Source of the DNA: a virus
Lineage: Duplodnaviria; Caudoviricetes
Length of the DNA: 55,101 nt
Virus record (IMG/VR): IMGVR_UViG_3300036770_003769
Span: 1-55,101 of that record
Reading direction: 5' to 3' (one strand)
Below are positions 1 through 9,881 of the stretch, piece by piece. The stretch's first letter is position 1. The number at the start of each line of letters is the position of its first letter. The notes below the pieces were generated by a model. It did not search any database, was not told the DNA's origin, and was given only the letters and a program-made list of their open reading frames with translations. The translations under genes and the position numbers were made by a program.

Positions 1-2
1 CC

Positions 3-2813
3 CTGAGAACCTTGAACACCTTGTGCACCTTGTTCACCAACCTGTCCCTGTTCGCCTTGATGACCTTGAGCGCCTTGATAACCTTGATCACCTTGCGCAC
101 CAATCGTACCTTGAACGCCTTGTGCGCCTTGTGTACCTTGACGACCTTGTTCGCCTTGAACGCCTTGGAAACCTTGAGCGCCTTGGTATCCTTGCTCACC
201 CTGATAACCTTGAGCACCTTGTACACCTTGAGGACCTTGTGGACCAACATCACCAACATCACCAGTACGAGCAAATGTAATTAATACATCGTCATTATTA
301 CTGAATGTTGATTCTTCGCCAGACAAATATCCGCAAGTTACTTCAAAATATGTGCTGTGTATTGCAAGAGATGAGATTGTATACAACACAAAGTTGTTAT
401 CATCAAACTTGCTTGTAACTCTAAAGTGACCTTTAATCGTTGATGTTGAATCATCAATCGTCACCAAGAAATTGTACACATTTGATGTGTTATCATCAAG
501 ATAGTCAATGTACAATTTATTGGCTAATGTAAAATCTGTATTATTAAATTTAAGGAACCCTGTTCCTGGGTCTGTATTGGCGGTATTGTTGCTATAACTG
601 TAATCAAATGTGGCACCACCAAAGTTACCATCACGACCTTGATAGCCTTGCTGACCCTGAACGCCTTGGAAGCCTTGTTGACCTTGTACGCCTTGGCGAC
701 CTTGGAAGCCTTGTTCACCCTGACGACCTTGATAACCTTGCGCACCCTGATCGCCTTGGAAACCTTGAGCGCCTTGCTCACCTACAGCACCTTGTATGCC
801 TTGATTACCTTGAACACCTTGTGCGCCTTGACGACCTTGGAAGCCCTGTTCACCTTGACGACCTTGTGCACCCTGTATACCTTGATATCCTTGCTCACCT
901 TGTGGTCCTTGAATGCCCTGATGACCCTGTTCACCTTGGCGACCCTGATTACCTTGAACGCCTTGTGAACCTTGTTGACCTTGTGAGCCTTGGCGACCTT
1001 GGAAACCTTGTTCACCTTGGTGACCTTGATGACCTTGTTCGCCTTGAACGCCTTGGAAGCCTTGCTCGCCTTGATGACCCTGTTCACCTTGTACGCCTTG
1101 GAAGCCTTGTGCGCCCTGTTCACCTTGAACGCCAGCAATACCTTGATGACCTTGAATGCCTTGTGCCCCTTGAATACCTTGGAAACCTTGATCACCTTGG
1201 ACACCCTGAACGCCTTGATGACCTTGTTCACCCTGTACACCCTGAGCACCTTGAACACCTTGGAAACCTTGTGCACCTTTATCGCCACGATCACCAGTAA
1301 CAATAAATGATAATACCACATTACCATTATTTGCAAATGGGGTTGTCGTTCCTGACAAATATGAAACAGGAACGTCAAAGTGATTGCCGTGGTCAATGTG
1401 ATTGGCTGTAATTGCAAAGAATACGAAATTAGAGGTATTCGATTCCTCAGTAATTTTGATCGTACCTTTGACGTCACTGGTAGAGTCATCAATTGTTTGA
1501 ATGAACGAAGCAATGTTAGAACTAAATCTGTCGATGACAGAGATACCCATAACATTTGCCTGAGCAAAATTAGTATTTGTTAAAAGAACAAATCCATCAT
1601 TAATGTTTTCTACGAATGTTTCAGTATCAAATTGATAATAGAAACTTGCACCGCCAAATTCACCAGTTTCACCTTTTGTGCCTTGTGAACCTTGTACACC
1701 TTGAAAGCCTTGTTCACCTTGTGCGCCTACATCACCCTGTACACCTTGCTCACCTTGTGGTCCTTGTGAACCTTGAATACCTTGGAAACCCTGCTCACCC
1801 TGCACACCCTGTTCACCTTGGAAGCCTTGCGCACCTTGATGACCTTGCTCACCCTGTACCCCTTGGAAACCCTGATGACCTTGAACACCTTGTGCACCTT
1901 GGAAACCTTGCTCGCCTTGTGGTCCTTGTTCACCTTGAACGCCTTGGAAACCTTGTATACCTTGCTCGCCCTGATGACCTTGGAAACCCTGATCGCCTTG
2001 AACACCTTGATAACCCTGTTCACCTTGAACGCCCTGCTCGCCCTGAACACCCTGTGCTCCTTGAGCGCCCTGAACGCCTTGGAAACCTTGCTCACCTTGA
2101 GCACCTAACTCGCCTTGTACACCCTGAAAGCCTTGTGAACCTTGCTCGCCTTGAACGCCTTGATAGCCCTGTTCGCCTTGAGCGCCATCAGCGCCCTGAA
2201 CGCCTTGTTCACCTTGTACACCCTGGAAGCCTTGCTCGCCTTGAACACCTTGATAACCTTGTGCGCCTTGAGTACCTTGTACACCTTGGAAGCCTTGCGA
2301 ACCTTGTTCGCCCTGACGCCCTTGTGCTCCTTGCAATCCTTGTGCACCCTGCACACCTTGAAAGCCTTGTGAACCTTGTTCACCTTGTACACCTTGTGTA
2401 CCTTGAAATCCTTGCTCACCTTGTGGACCTTGATCACCAACTAAACCTGTACCACCAGTTTCACCTTTATCACCCTTATCGCCCGTTTCACCTTGGAAAC
2501 CTTGCTCACCCTGACGACCTTGTGAACCTTGTACGCCTTGAGAACCTTGTTGTCCTTGTGAACCTTGCGCGCCTTGAACGCCCTGTGCACCTTGTGCACC
2601 TTGAACGCCTTGATAGCCTTGCTCGCCAAAGTCACCTTTTTGACCTTTTTGACCTTGGAAGCCTTGCTCACCTTGGTATCCTTGAAATCCTTGCGCACCA
2701 GAGACGGCAGCAATTAACTGATCCCAAGTTACGCCATTCCATTCATAGATTACTTCGCCAACGGTAAACTGTTGACCAATAAAAGGTGAATCTGGAAAAT
2801 TAGGTATTGACAT
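3..2813 (-). CDS. Collagen-like (Gly-X-Y) virion fibre protein, 3'-partial (runs off the window; absent from the ORF track)
   Basis: Manual translation from ATG at 2813 gives MSIPNFPDSPFIGQQFTVGEVIYEWNGVTW..., then long (QGxQGx)n tracts interrupted by two homologous globular domains. No stop seen in the segments translated. Confidence 0.85.
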   Translation of the reverse strand, partial: MSIPNFPDSPFIGQQFTVGEVIYEWNGVTWDQLIAAVSGAQGFQGYQGEQGFQGQKGQKGDFGEQGYQGVQGAQGAQGVQGAQGSQGQQGSQGVQGSQGRQGEQGFQGETGDKGDKGETGGTGLVGDQGPQGEQGFQGTQGVQGEQGSQGFQGVQGAQGLQGAQGRQGEQGSQGFQGVQGTQGAQGYQGVQGEQGFQGVQGEQGVQGADGAQGEQGYQGVQGEQGSQGFQGVQGELGAQGEQGFQGVQGAQGAQGVQGEQGVQGEQGYQGVQGDQGFQGHQGEQGIQGFQGVQGEQGPQGEQGFQGAQGVQGHQGFQGVQGEQGHQGAQGFQGEQGVQGEQGFQGIQGSQGPQGEQGVQGDVGAQGEQGFQGVQGSQGTKGETGEFGGASFYYQFDTETFVENINDGFVLLTNTNFAQANVMGISVIDRFSSNIASFIQTIDDSTSDVKGTIKITEESNTSNFVFFAITANHIDHGNHFDVPVSYLSGTTTPFANNGNVVLSFIVTGDRGDKGAQGFQGVQGAQGVQGEQGHQGVQGVQGDQGFQGIQGAQGIQGHQGIAGVQGEQGAQGFQGVQGEQGHQGEQGFQGVQGEQGHQGHQGEQGFQGRQGSQGQQGSQGVQGNQGRQGEQGHQGIQGPQGEQGYQGIQGAQGRQGEQGFQGRQGAQGVQGNQGIQGAVGEQGAQGFQGDQGAQGYQGRQGEQGFQGRQGVQGQQGFQGVQGQQGYQGRDGNFGGATFDYSYSNNTANTDPGTGFLKFNNTDFTLANKLYIDYLDDNTSNVYNFLVTIDDSTSTIKGHFRVTSKFDDNNFVLYTISSLAIHSTYFEVTCGYLSGEESTFSNNDDVLITFARTGDVGDVGPQGPQGVQGAQGYQGEQGYQGAQGFQGVQGEQGRQGTQGAQGVQGTIGAQGDQGYQGAQGHQGEQGQVGEQGAQGVQGSQ

Positions 2814-2819
2814 CTACGA

Positions 2820-5800
2820 TCACACTGGTGCGGAAATTCTTGAAATATTTAGGGTATTCACAGCGAACACTGGATCGAATAACAAACGCATTTGACCTGA
2901 ATTTATATCTGAGCCAAATGAACCAAGATATGATCCTGTGCTAATTGTTGCATACTCTGTCATATAAGTTGTTGATCCATCATGTAGCAATAGAATTTCT
3001 GTTGCTTGATATGATGATCCACTCTTAATTTGTATTAAGTATTTAACTGTGCGATATTCACTGATTGGTAAAATATCAACAACAGTTTGAGCAACAGCAG
3101 AAGTTGATCCTGTGTTTGCGGAAATTGTTATATTGTTAACTTTATATTCTGTTGCGAGTACAGACAATCTACCGTTTGATTCAATTGATGTGCTGGTTAC
3201 ATTTAACTTTGTTCCATTTTGTAAAACAGAAACATTACCTGTAAATGTGTCCCCAGTACGATTTGCTTTTTCTTGATTTAAAGTGTTTGCTGCAGCAATA
3301 GAAGCAGCAGTATTTGCGTCACTGAATAACAAATCACTTGAAGTGTTAACAATTGGTGATGGTGTGAGAGAAACCCATTGTGCGCTTGATCCATCATCAT
3401 AATAGATGTAGAATCTACCAGTATTTGCTCTCCACCACAATGCGACATTTGAGTTTGCGCTGCCAGGTGGCGTATCAGAAACATATAGTTCTGTATTTGC
3501 GTAAACACCACCACCGCCAAGTTTTGGATTATCAAATGTTAAGATAATCTTATTGTTTGACGGGTCGTCAGTACCTGAAATTGTTATATTTGAAGAATTG
3601 GCGCTAACAAAGTCGATTGTCCTTCTTGTTCCAACTGCAGAACCATCTACTTCAATTGGTGTGGTATTTGCAGTATTTGCAGCATCATATGCAGCGTTTG
3701 CTTGATCGTATGCTGATGATGCTTGAGTATATGCTAAATTTGCATCATCATGTGCCAGATCTGCGTTTGTTAATGCTGTGTTTGCCGCAACATATGCACC
3801 ATTTGCTTGATTATATGCATCTGTAGCAATTATAGTTGCAGCATTTGCTTGATCGTAGGCTAAACCTGCTTGAGCATTACCTTCAGCTAATGAAGCAAAC
3901 GATGTATACGTTGAACCATCATCAGTCCATTCCCACACATCGTCAGTTTCATTCCAACGAAGTGCAACATTTGCATTTGCGCCGCGATTAACTGTAATGA
4001 GAGCGTCAAGAGCAGCTTCACCAGTAACGTTTGAATTGAGAACAATTTCATTGTCCTCAACCAATAATGTTTCCACATTAAGTGCAGTACTGTCGCCGAG
4101 AACAGCAAGATTACCAGATACTACCAAGTCTCCAGTAATTGTGCCACCAGCAATTGGTAATTTTGTATTTGCCGCTTCATATGCTGCATTGGCTTGGTCA
4201 TACGCAGCATTTGCTAATGCTTGAGAGGCAGCAATACTTACATTTGAAACATTAGTAATGCGACCTTTTGAATCAACAGTGATTGTCGCAACATTTATTG
4301 AATCGCCATAAGTTCCTGCTGCTACGCCAGTTGAACCAAGTGTAAATTCTATATTGGCATTACCAGAAGCAGCACCTGCTCCAGCACCAACAGAAACAAT
4401 TACGTCTGCTGTATTTGTAAAGTTAAGTTGCTGTTGACTTAATGTTGAACCGCCGTTTGCGGAAATGCGAACTGTATTTGCTGCAGCGAAAGCAAATGGT
4501 GTTAGAGCACTGAGTACATAACTGTTAAGATCTGTGAATAAAGAAGTAAGATCAAAAATTTCACTGCGCGCTAATTTTGCTTGCGTGTATGCAGTGTTGA
4601 CAGTATTTGCAGTACCTGCAAGAGAAACGCTAGTGTTATTTACATCATCGCTTAATTGCACAACACCAGTTTGTGTTGTATTTGCTTCACGAATAGAAAC
4701 GTTTGCAACAACAACATTACTAGTATTTGAAGTTGTTACTGTGAGTAAACCACCTTCAATCGTTTCAATTTTTAAATTAGCAGCTTCATAAGCAGACAAC
4801 AAACTGCTATAAACATTATATCCTTGCACCAATATCGTATTGGCATTTACAGCGTTTGATTTTAAATTTGCAATAGAAACTTCGCCACCACCAACGACGC
4901 TAATACTTGTGTTACCAAGTTTTAATGTTTCACCAGAAAGATACAAATCTCTGAATGGGAATTCTACAGAACCAAGATCATAAGTTTGGAAAGCAGTTGG
5001 AATGATATTTTGTACAAACAATGTTGCAGCAACATTTAAGTTGCCCGTCATTGTATCGCCAGCTTTTAGTACACGCGTGTTAGCATTATCGTTTGCTGTA
5101 TTTGCTTGCAGATACGCAGAATTTGCTTGATCATAAGCAGCATTGGCTTGATTAAATGCTGCAATAGAATTGACATCGTCGCCTTTGTCGCCCTTTGAGC
5201 CTGTGGCACCTTGCGCACCATCTATACCAGCTGTACCTTGTGCGCCTGTATCGCCTTTGTCACCCTTTGAGCCTTGTGCACCGACATCACCTTGTGTGCC
5301 GTTCGTACCAGCTGCACCCTGTACACCTTGTGGACCTTGTTCGCCAGCAGCACCTTGAATACCTTGTGCGCCCTGCGCGCCATCTATACCAGCAGCACCT
5401 TGAGCGCCGATATCGCCTTTATCGCCTTTTGATCCTGTCGCGCCTTGAGCGCCATCTATACCAGCAGCACCTTGAATACCCTGCGCGCCAGTTGCACCTT
5501 GAACACCTTGAGCACCAGAACCAGTAGCACCTTGAACACCTTGTGCACCAATGGCACCCTGCACACCTTGAGCACCAATACCTGCGAATTCACCAGGAGT
5601 ACCTTGTGCACCCTGAACGCCTTGATAACCTTGTGCGCCTTCAGAACCTTGTGCGCCTTGTACGCCTGGAGAACCTTGTTCACCTGCTGCGCCTTGAACA
5701 CCCTGATGACCTTGTGAACCCTGAACACCCTGAAAGCCTTGAAAGCCTTGTTCACCTTGAGGACCACCAGGTGCGCCTGAAGCACCCTGAACGCCTTGTG

Positions 5801-5891
5801 CGCCTTGCGGACCACTTGCACCAGCAATTGGTGTTCCTGTTCCTAATACAACTGAACCAACAGCGTTTCGATTGGTTAAATTAATCTTCAT
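2820..5891 (-). CDS. Tail fibre / virion structural protein with N-terminal collagen-like region
   Basis: Gly-X-Y tract, AYDQAN coiled repeats, GDTMTGNL and TGVVQL fibre motifs, C-terminal YRTVKYLIQI...EILLLHDG domain typical of T4-like environmental phage structural proteins. Confidence 0.75.
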   Translation of the reverse strand: MKINLTNRNAVGSVVLGTGTPIAGASGPQGAQGVQGASGAPGGPQGEQGFQGFQGVQGSQGHQGVQGAAGEQGSPGVQGAQGSEGAQGYQGVQGAQGTPGEFAGIGAQGVQGAIGAQGVQGATGSGAQGVQGATGAQGIQGAAGIDGAQGATGSKGDKGDIGAQGAAGIDGAQGAQGIQGAAGEQGPQGVQGAAGTNGTQGDVGAQGSKGDKGDTGAQGTAGIDGAQGATGSKGDKGDDVNSIAAFNQANAAYDQANSAYLQANTANDNANTRVLKAGDTMTGNLNVAATLFVQNIIPTAFQTYDLGSVEFPFRDLYLSGETLKLGNTSISVVGGGEVSIANLKSNAVNANTILVQGYNVYSSLLSAYEAANLKIETIEGGLLTVTTSNTSNVVVANVSIREANTTQTGVVQLSDDVNNTSVSLAGTANTVNTAYTQAKLARSEIFDLTSLFTDLNSYVLSALTPFAFAAANTVRISANGGSTLSQQQLNFTNTADVIVSVGAGAGAASGNANIEFTLGSTGVAAGTYGDSINVATITVDSKGRITNVSNVSIAASQALANAAYDQANAAYEAANTKLPIAGGTITGDLVVSGNLAVLGDSTALNVETLLVEDNEIVLNSNVTGEAALDALITVNRGANANVALRWNETDDVWEWTDDGSTYTSFASLAEGNAQAGLAYDQANAATIIATDAYNQANGAYVAANTALTNADLAHDDANLAYTQASSAYDQANAAYDAANTANTTPIEVDGSAVGTRRTIDFVSANSSNITISGTDDPSNNKIILTFDNPKLGGGGVYANTELYVSDTPPGSANSNVALWWRANTGRFYIYYDDGSSAQWVSLTPSPIVNTSSDLLFSDANTAASIAAANTLNQEKANRTGDTFTGNVSVLQNGTKLNVTSTSIESNGRLSVLATEYKVNNITISANTGSTSAVAQTVVDILPISEYRTVKYLIQIKSGSSYQATEILLLHDGSTTYMTEYATISTGSYLGSFGSDINSGQMRLLFDPVFAVNTLNISRISAPV

Positions 5892-6220
5892 CTAGATACC
5901 TGCGGTGTGACAGTTACTATTCCCTCCATTATACGAACAGTCACATTCGCAGTATCCATCATTTTAACATCGTAAACATATCGTCCAGGAGAAATGTTAG
6001 CAGTAACTGCTGAACTCATGGTAATATTTAAATTACCATTTGGACCATTTATAATAGAAATTACTAAATTGGCAGTTGGATTTGTGGAATAATATGATTT
6101 GCGGATTTGACCCGAGAATGAATATCCGCTGACACTCATTGCAGTGCCATCGTCATTCGTTAAATCCATATTTGTATGAAAATCAGTTCCCTGATCTACA
6201 TATAAATCTATATAAGCCAT
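5888..6220 (-). CDS. Small virion structural protein (BppU-like beta domain)
   Basis: IDLYVDQGTDF...QIRKSY...GRYVYDV...RIMEGIVTVTPQV, a motif set common next to fibre genes. Confidence 0.6.
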   Translation of the reverse strand: MAYIDLYVDQGTDFHTNMDLTNDDGTAMSVSGYSFSGQIRKSYYSTNPTANLVISIINGPNGNLNITMSSAVTANISPGRYVYDVKMMDTANVTVRIMEGIVTVTPQVSR

Positions 6221-6726
6221 CAATTATCTCGTAAATATTCATACGTTAAGGTTTTTAGTGTGTCAAAATCAGAACAATTCACTATCCTTGTATCTGATGG
6301 CATATTTCTTAATTTTTCTTTTTTGGCAACGACTGCTGCTTTTAGTACAGCGTCGCCAGATTCGTCTGCGCGTTGATATTCAACATCTAATTTTGCAAGT
6401 TCAATATTGCGATGTGTTCGAATATAATTTAAGTGGCACTCAATCGCTTTACTCATATTAATAGTAAAACTAATTGGGGCAGAAACATCATCAAAGTTAC
6501 CTTCCAGCGCTGGCCAATAGGTTACGTTTGCGGTGTTTACTTCTGGAATTTTATCAAATTCTGCTTTTTCAGAAGCATTTTCTAGATCAATCACCTTAAA
6601 TTGAGAACCTGCAGGGATATCTTTAGCAATTGTTGCTTCAAAGGAGAGCTCTCCTGTTGGAATTAAAATTGCAAACGTGCCGCCGCTATTTTTCAGTTCA
6701 TTATTTGTATAAACGGCTACTCTCAT
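6220..6726 (-). CDS. Putative tail-fibre assembly chaperone-like protein
   Basis: C-terminal IRTHRNIELAKLDVEYQRADE...KEKLRNMP motif; lies directly downstream of two fibre genes. Confidence 0.55.
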   Translation of the reverse strand: MRVAVYTNNELKNSGGTFAILIPTGELSFEATIAKDIPAGSQFKVIDLENASEKAEFDKIPEVNTANVTYWPALEGNFDDVSAPISFTINMSKAIECHLNYIRTHRNIELAKLDVEYQRADESGDAVLKAAVVAKKEKLRNMPSDTRIVNCSDFDTLKTLTYEYLRDN

Positions 6727-6773
6727 GCTAACGATCTCCTACTTTCGATTTATATGATAACAACGAATAATTG

Positions 6774-6780
6774 TATTTAT
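6774..6780 (-). promoter_or_regulatory. T4-type late promoter (ATAAATA)
   Basis: ATAAATA in the intergenic gap upstream of the ORF starting at 6726. Confidence 0.5.
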
Positions 6781-6805
6781 TAAACGTTAAAATTATTGAA
6801 TTACA

Positions 6806-8296
6806 CTAATCCTGATCTTGATCTAATTCATCTTCTAGACCTCCACCACCGCCGCCAGGTGGTGGAGGTGGAGGTGGTGGTGGTGGAGGAGGAGGTGGTG
6901 GAGGTGGTGGAGGAGGTGGAGGTGGTGGTGGAGGTGCTCCGCCTCCTGCGATTGGATTACTAATCACAATGACACTACCGTCTGCTGGTATAAAATATTG
7001 TGTGTTATTAATATTTTCACCAGAAACGGCAAATGCAACTTGGAAGGAAGAAGTTGATTTAGAATATGTCTGTAAATGTCCTGTTCCCGAGTAATAAAAT
7101 CCAGTTTCAGAAGAATTAGGTTTTCTGGAACTTCCAATCACACAATAATTTGAATCGGAAAGACTAGTGATGAAATTTAAAGTATATAATTTAATTGTGC
7201 CTTCAGACCAAGATTGATTTGTGATTGAGATACTTGAAATGTTATTGCTTGCGAATATCGTTGGACTAAAGAACCCTACAAATCCGCCACCAAAATTAGC
7301 ATAAGCAACTACAAATTCTGGGTTGAAACCTACGTCGCCATCCGCGCCTACAATTCCCAAATCTCCAGTGTCCCCTTTTATCGGGGCAGGAGCGTTTTCT
7401 CCAGCATTTCCTAAATCACCAGGATCTCCTTTTTCGCCCTTTTCACCCTTCACAGCACCAATTGATTCGCCTTTCTGACCTTTTTCGCCATCATCACCTA
7501 ATTGACCATAACCAAATTCGCCTTTATCGCCTTTTTCGCCTTTTGTGCCACCAATAGATTCTCCAACTTCTCCCTTAAGACCATCAAATCCCTGCTCGCC
7601 CTGAAATCCTTGATTTCCACTCACGCCATCAACACCTTGCGCCCCCTGTGCTCCCTGAACCCCTGGTTGTCCTTTTTGACCCTTTTGTCCCTTTTGTCCA
7701 GTATCACCATCTAATAAAGGAATATCAATTTCTAAATTGACAATTTTTGTGTTAGACGTATTTGCAGTGACAATTACTGATGCAATACTGTTGCCATAAA
7801 AATTTAAACCGCGATCTAAACTTTGAAATTCACCTTCAACAAATAATGGCGTTTTTGATGGATATGCATCACCTTGAATCCAGCATATACCTGCATCATC
7901 AGCGCCAACAGTCAAATTTGTCGTTACAGTATTTTGTCCAATAATTAAAGTGTTAGAAACAATATTTTTTGTTTGAAGAGTATTTGCAACATCAAATATT
8001 ACTTGTGGGTTTGAAAATCTTGCATCATCACCTTCGTAATATGCTTCATCAGTTACAATTTTAGTTTTTGTTGTAAAATTATTTTCGACATTTGCATTGG
8101 CTACTACATCAAGTGTAGTTCCTGTTTGACGGTCAATATAAAGAGCGCCATTTTTAATATTTAAAACTGGACCAGAATCTTTATAATAATTTCCGTTACG
8201 AAGATCATTAGCAGAATTTGCAAGAAAATTAGTAACTTCACGCCAATCACTGAACGTGTTACTTAAAGTCACATGTGAAATATTTGCATTAGCCAT
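6806..8296 (-). CDS. Collagen-like fibre protein with C-terminal poly-proline tract (paralog of 8308..9663)
   Basis: MANANI N-terminus, GEKG collagen tract, YANF...SNNISSI...YTLNF domain, then P26-G6 and an acidic tail. Confidence 0.75.
   Translation of the reverse strand: MANANISHVTLSNTFSDWREVTNFLANSANDLRNGNYYKDSGPVLNIKNGALYIDRQTGTTLDVVANANVENNFTTKTKIVTDEAYYEGDDARFSNPQVIFDVANTLQTKNIVSNTLIIGQNTVTTNLTVGADDAGICWIQGDAYPSKTPLFVEGEFQSLDRGLNFYGNSIASVIVTANTSNTKIVNLEIDIPLLDGDTGQKGQKGQKGQPGVQGAQGAQGVDGVSGNQGFQGEQGFDGLKGEVGESIGGTKGEKGDKGEFGYGQLGDDGEKGQKGESIGAVKGEKGEKGDPGDLGNAGENAPAPIKGDTGDLGIVGADGDVGFNPEFVVAYANFGGGFVGFFSPTIFASNNISSISITNQSWSEGTIKLYTLNFITSLSDSNYCVIGSSRKPNSSETGFYYSGTGHLQTYSKSTSSFQVAFAVSGENINNTQYFIPADGSVIVISNPIAGGGAPPPPPPPPPPPPPPPPPPPPPPPPPPGGGGGGLEDELDQDQD
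6857..6934 (-). repeat. (CCW)26 low-complexity tract encoding 26 consecutive prolines
   Basis: Plus strand reads as a run of tgg/agg triplets. Confidence 0.9.
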
Positions 8297-8307
8297 TTAA
8301 TTGAATC

Positions 8308-9663
8308 TTATTTAACTACAATCACGTCAGCATCTGTTGGATAATAATATTCTGTATTATTAATATTTTCTCCAGATAATGCAAATGCAACTCTAACATA
8401 ATTAGCATTTCTGCTTGTCAATTGTAAATGCCCACTACCTGAATAAAAATAACTTGATTCTGAGGAGCTTGGTTTTCTTGCAGAACCCGCAACAGCATAA
8501 TATTGATCTGCCATTGGTGTTGTGAAATTTAAAGTATATTGGACTAATGTTGTAAATGACCAAGAACCACCATCCCAACTTGAATTGGTCGCGACTGTGA
8601 TGCTTGATATATTGTTACTACTATTAACTGTAACTGAACCAAAAGAAGAACTAAAATTGGCGTATGCCTTAACCAATTGCGACCCTACAGCTGCTCCATC
8701 ACCCTTATCACCTTTGTCGCCTTGAGGACCTTGATCGCCCTTTTCACCTTTGTCTGATGATGTACCAGCAGTACCTTGAGGACCTTGATCTCCCTTATCG
8801 CCTTTATCGCCAACGTCACCACTTCCACCAATTTCACCTTTCTGACCTTTCGTACCTTGAAATCCCTTATCACCCTCACCTTGTTCACCTTTATCCCCTT
8901 TGACGCCCTCACCACCAATCGCAGATTCACCCTTTGAACCTTGAACGCCTTGCACGCCTTGAACGCCTTGGAAACCTTGTGCACCCTGTACGCCTTGGAA
9001 GCCTTGCGCACCTTGTGCTCCTGGTTCGCCCTTTTCACCATCAACACCAGGTTCACCTTTAACGCCTGGTGCGCCTGCAGTACTTGGTGCATCGATAATG
9101 ATGTCAGTAATTTTTGTATTTGCAACGTTGGCTGATACTGTAACAGTTGCAATACCATTACCACGGAAATTCAAGCCGCGACGTGTTGCAATAAACGAGC
9201 CATCTTGATAAATTGGTGTTCTTGATGGTGCTGGATCGCCATTAATAATACATTCACCATTTGAATAGTCAGAACCGACTGTCAAATCCGTTGTGATTGT
9301 ATTTTGACCAGTTATTAAAGTATTTGAAACTAGATTTTTAGTGAAGATTGTATTCGATACTTGAACATAGGCAGAAGTATTAGTAAATCTTGCATTTGCG
9401 CCATCTACAGTAATATCATCGGTTGATACAAAAGTTTTGACAGTCAATTGATTTGCAACAGAAGCATCAGAAGAAACAAGTAAAGTAGTTCCTGTTGGTT
9501 TTGTTATTGTGACATTACCAGAGGCAATAATTAAATCACCATTATCTTTGACATATGCACCATTGCGTAAGTCATTGGCAGAATTCGCCAACACATTAGT
9601 GATGACGCGCCATTCATTAAACGTATTGTTTAATTGTAATTGTGCAATATTCGCATTAGCCAT
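8308..9663 (-). CDS. Collagen-like fibre protein
   Basis: Same architecture as 6806..8296 without the poly-Pro tail. Confidence 0.75.
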   Translation of the reverse strand: MANANIAQLQLNNTFNEWRVITNVLANSANDLRNGAYVKDNGDLIIASGNVTITKPTGTTLLVSSDASVANQLTVKTFVSTDDITVDGANARFTNTSAYVQVSNTIFTKNLVSNTLITGQNTITTDLTVGSDYSNGECIINGDPAPSRTPIYQDGSFIATRRGLNFRGNGIATVTVSANVANTKITDIIIDAPSTAGAPGVKGEPGVDGEKGEPGAQGAQGFQGVQGAQGFQGVQGVQGVQGSKGESAIGGEGVKGDKGEQGEGDKGFQGTKGQKGEIGGSGDVGDKGDKGDQGPQGTAGTSSDKGEKGDQGPQGDKGDKGDGAAVGSQLVKAYANFSSSFGSVTVNSSNNISSITVATNSSWDGGSWSFTTLVQYTLNFTTPMADQYYAVAGSARKPSSSESSYFYSGSGHLQLTSRNANYVRVAFALSGENINNTEYYYPTDADVIVVK

Positions 9664-9880
9664 TCGAATTCTCTACCTTTTCTAAAAGTTTTTTCACTAT
9701 CTCTTTTAAATCGTTTACTTCATCTTTCAACTGATTGATCTGTTGCTCTTTTTCTTTATTTTTAGCAACTTCTCTTTTATACGCTTCGTCTTTATTTACT
9801 GCCTTACGATCAGTATTTAATAGCGCCATCGTATTGATGTCGCGAATATAAGGAGTATTTTTAACTTTAACGTATGTCAT
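9656..9880 (-). CDS. Small coiled-coil hypothetical protein
   Basis: MTYVKVKNTPYIRDINTMALLNTD...; small ORF of the kind that follows VrlC-like genes in T4-like phages. Start moved to the first ATG past the upstream gene. Confidence 0.6.
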   Translation of the reverse strand: MTYVKVKNTPYIRDINTMALLNTDRKAVNKDEAYKREVAKNKEKEQQINQLKDEVNDLKEIVKKLLEKVENSNG

Positions 9881-9881
9881 A

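Noticed and set aside
12-2767. Many overlapping track ORFs (LTL-, HL- and KV-rich)
   Set aside because: Shadow frames of the collagen repeat; the real gene is the minus-strand Gly-X-Y frame.
6806-9663. Diversity-generating retroelement between the paralogous fibre C-termini
   Set aside because: Divergence includes indels and is not adenine-specific; no reverse transcriptase in the window.
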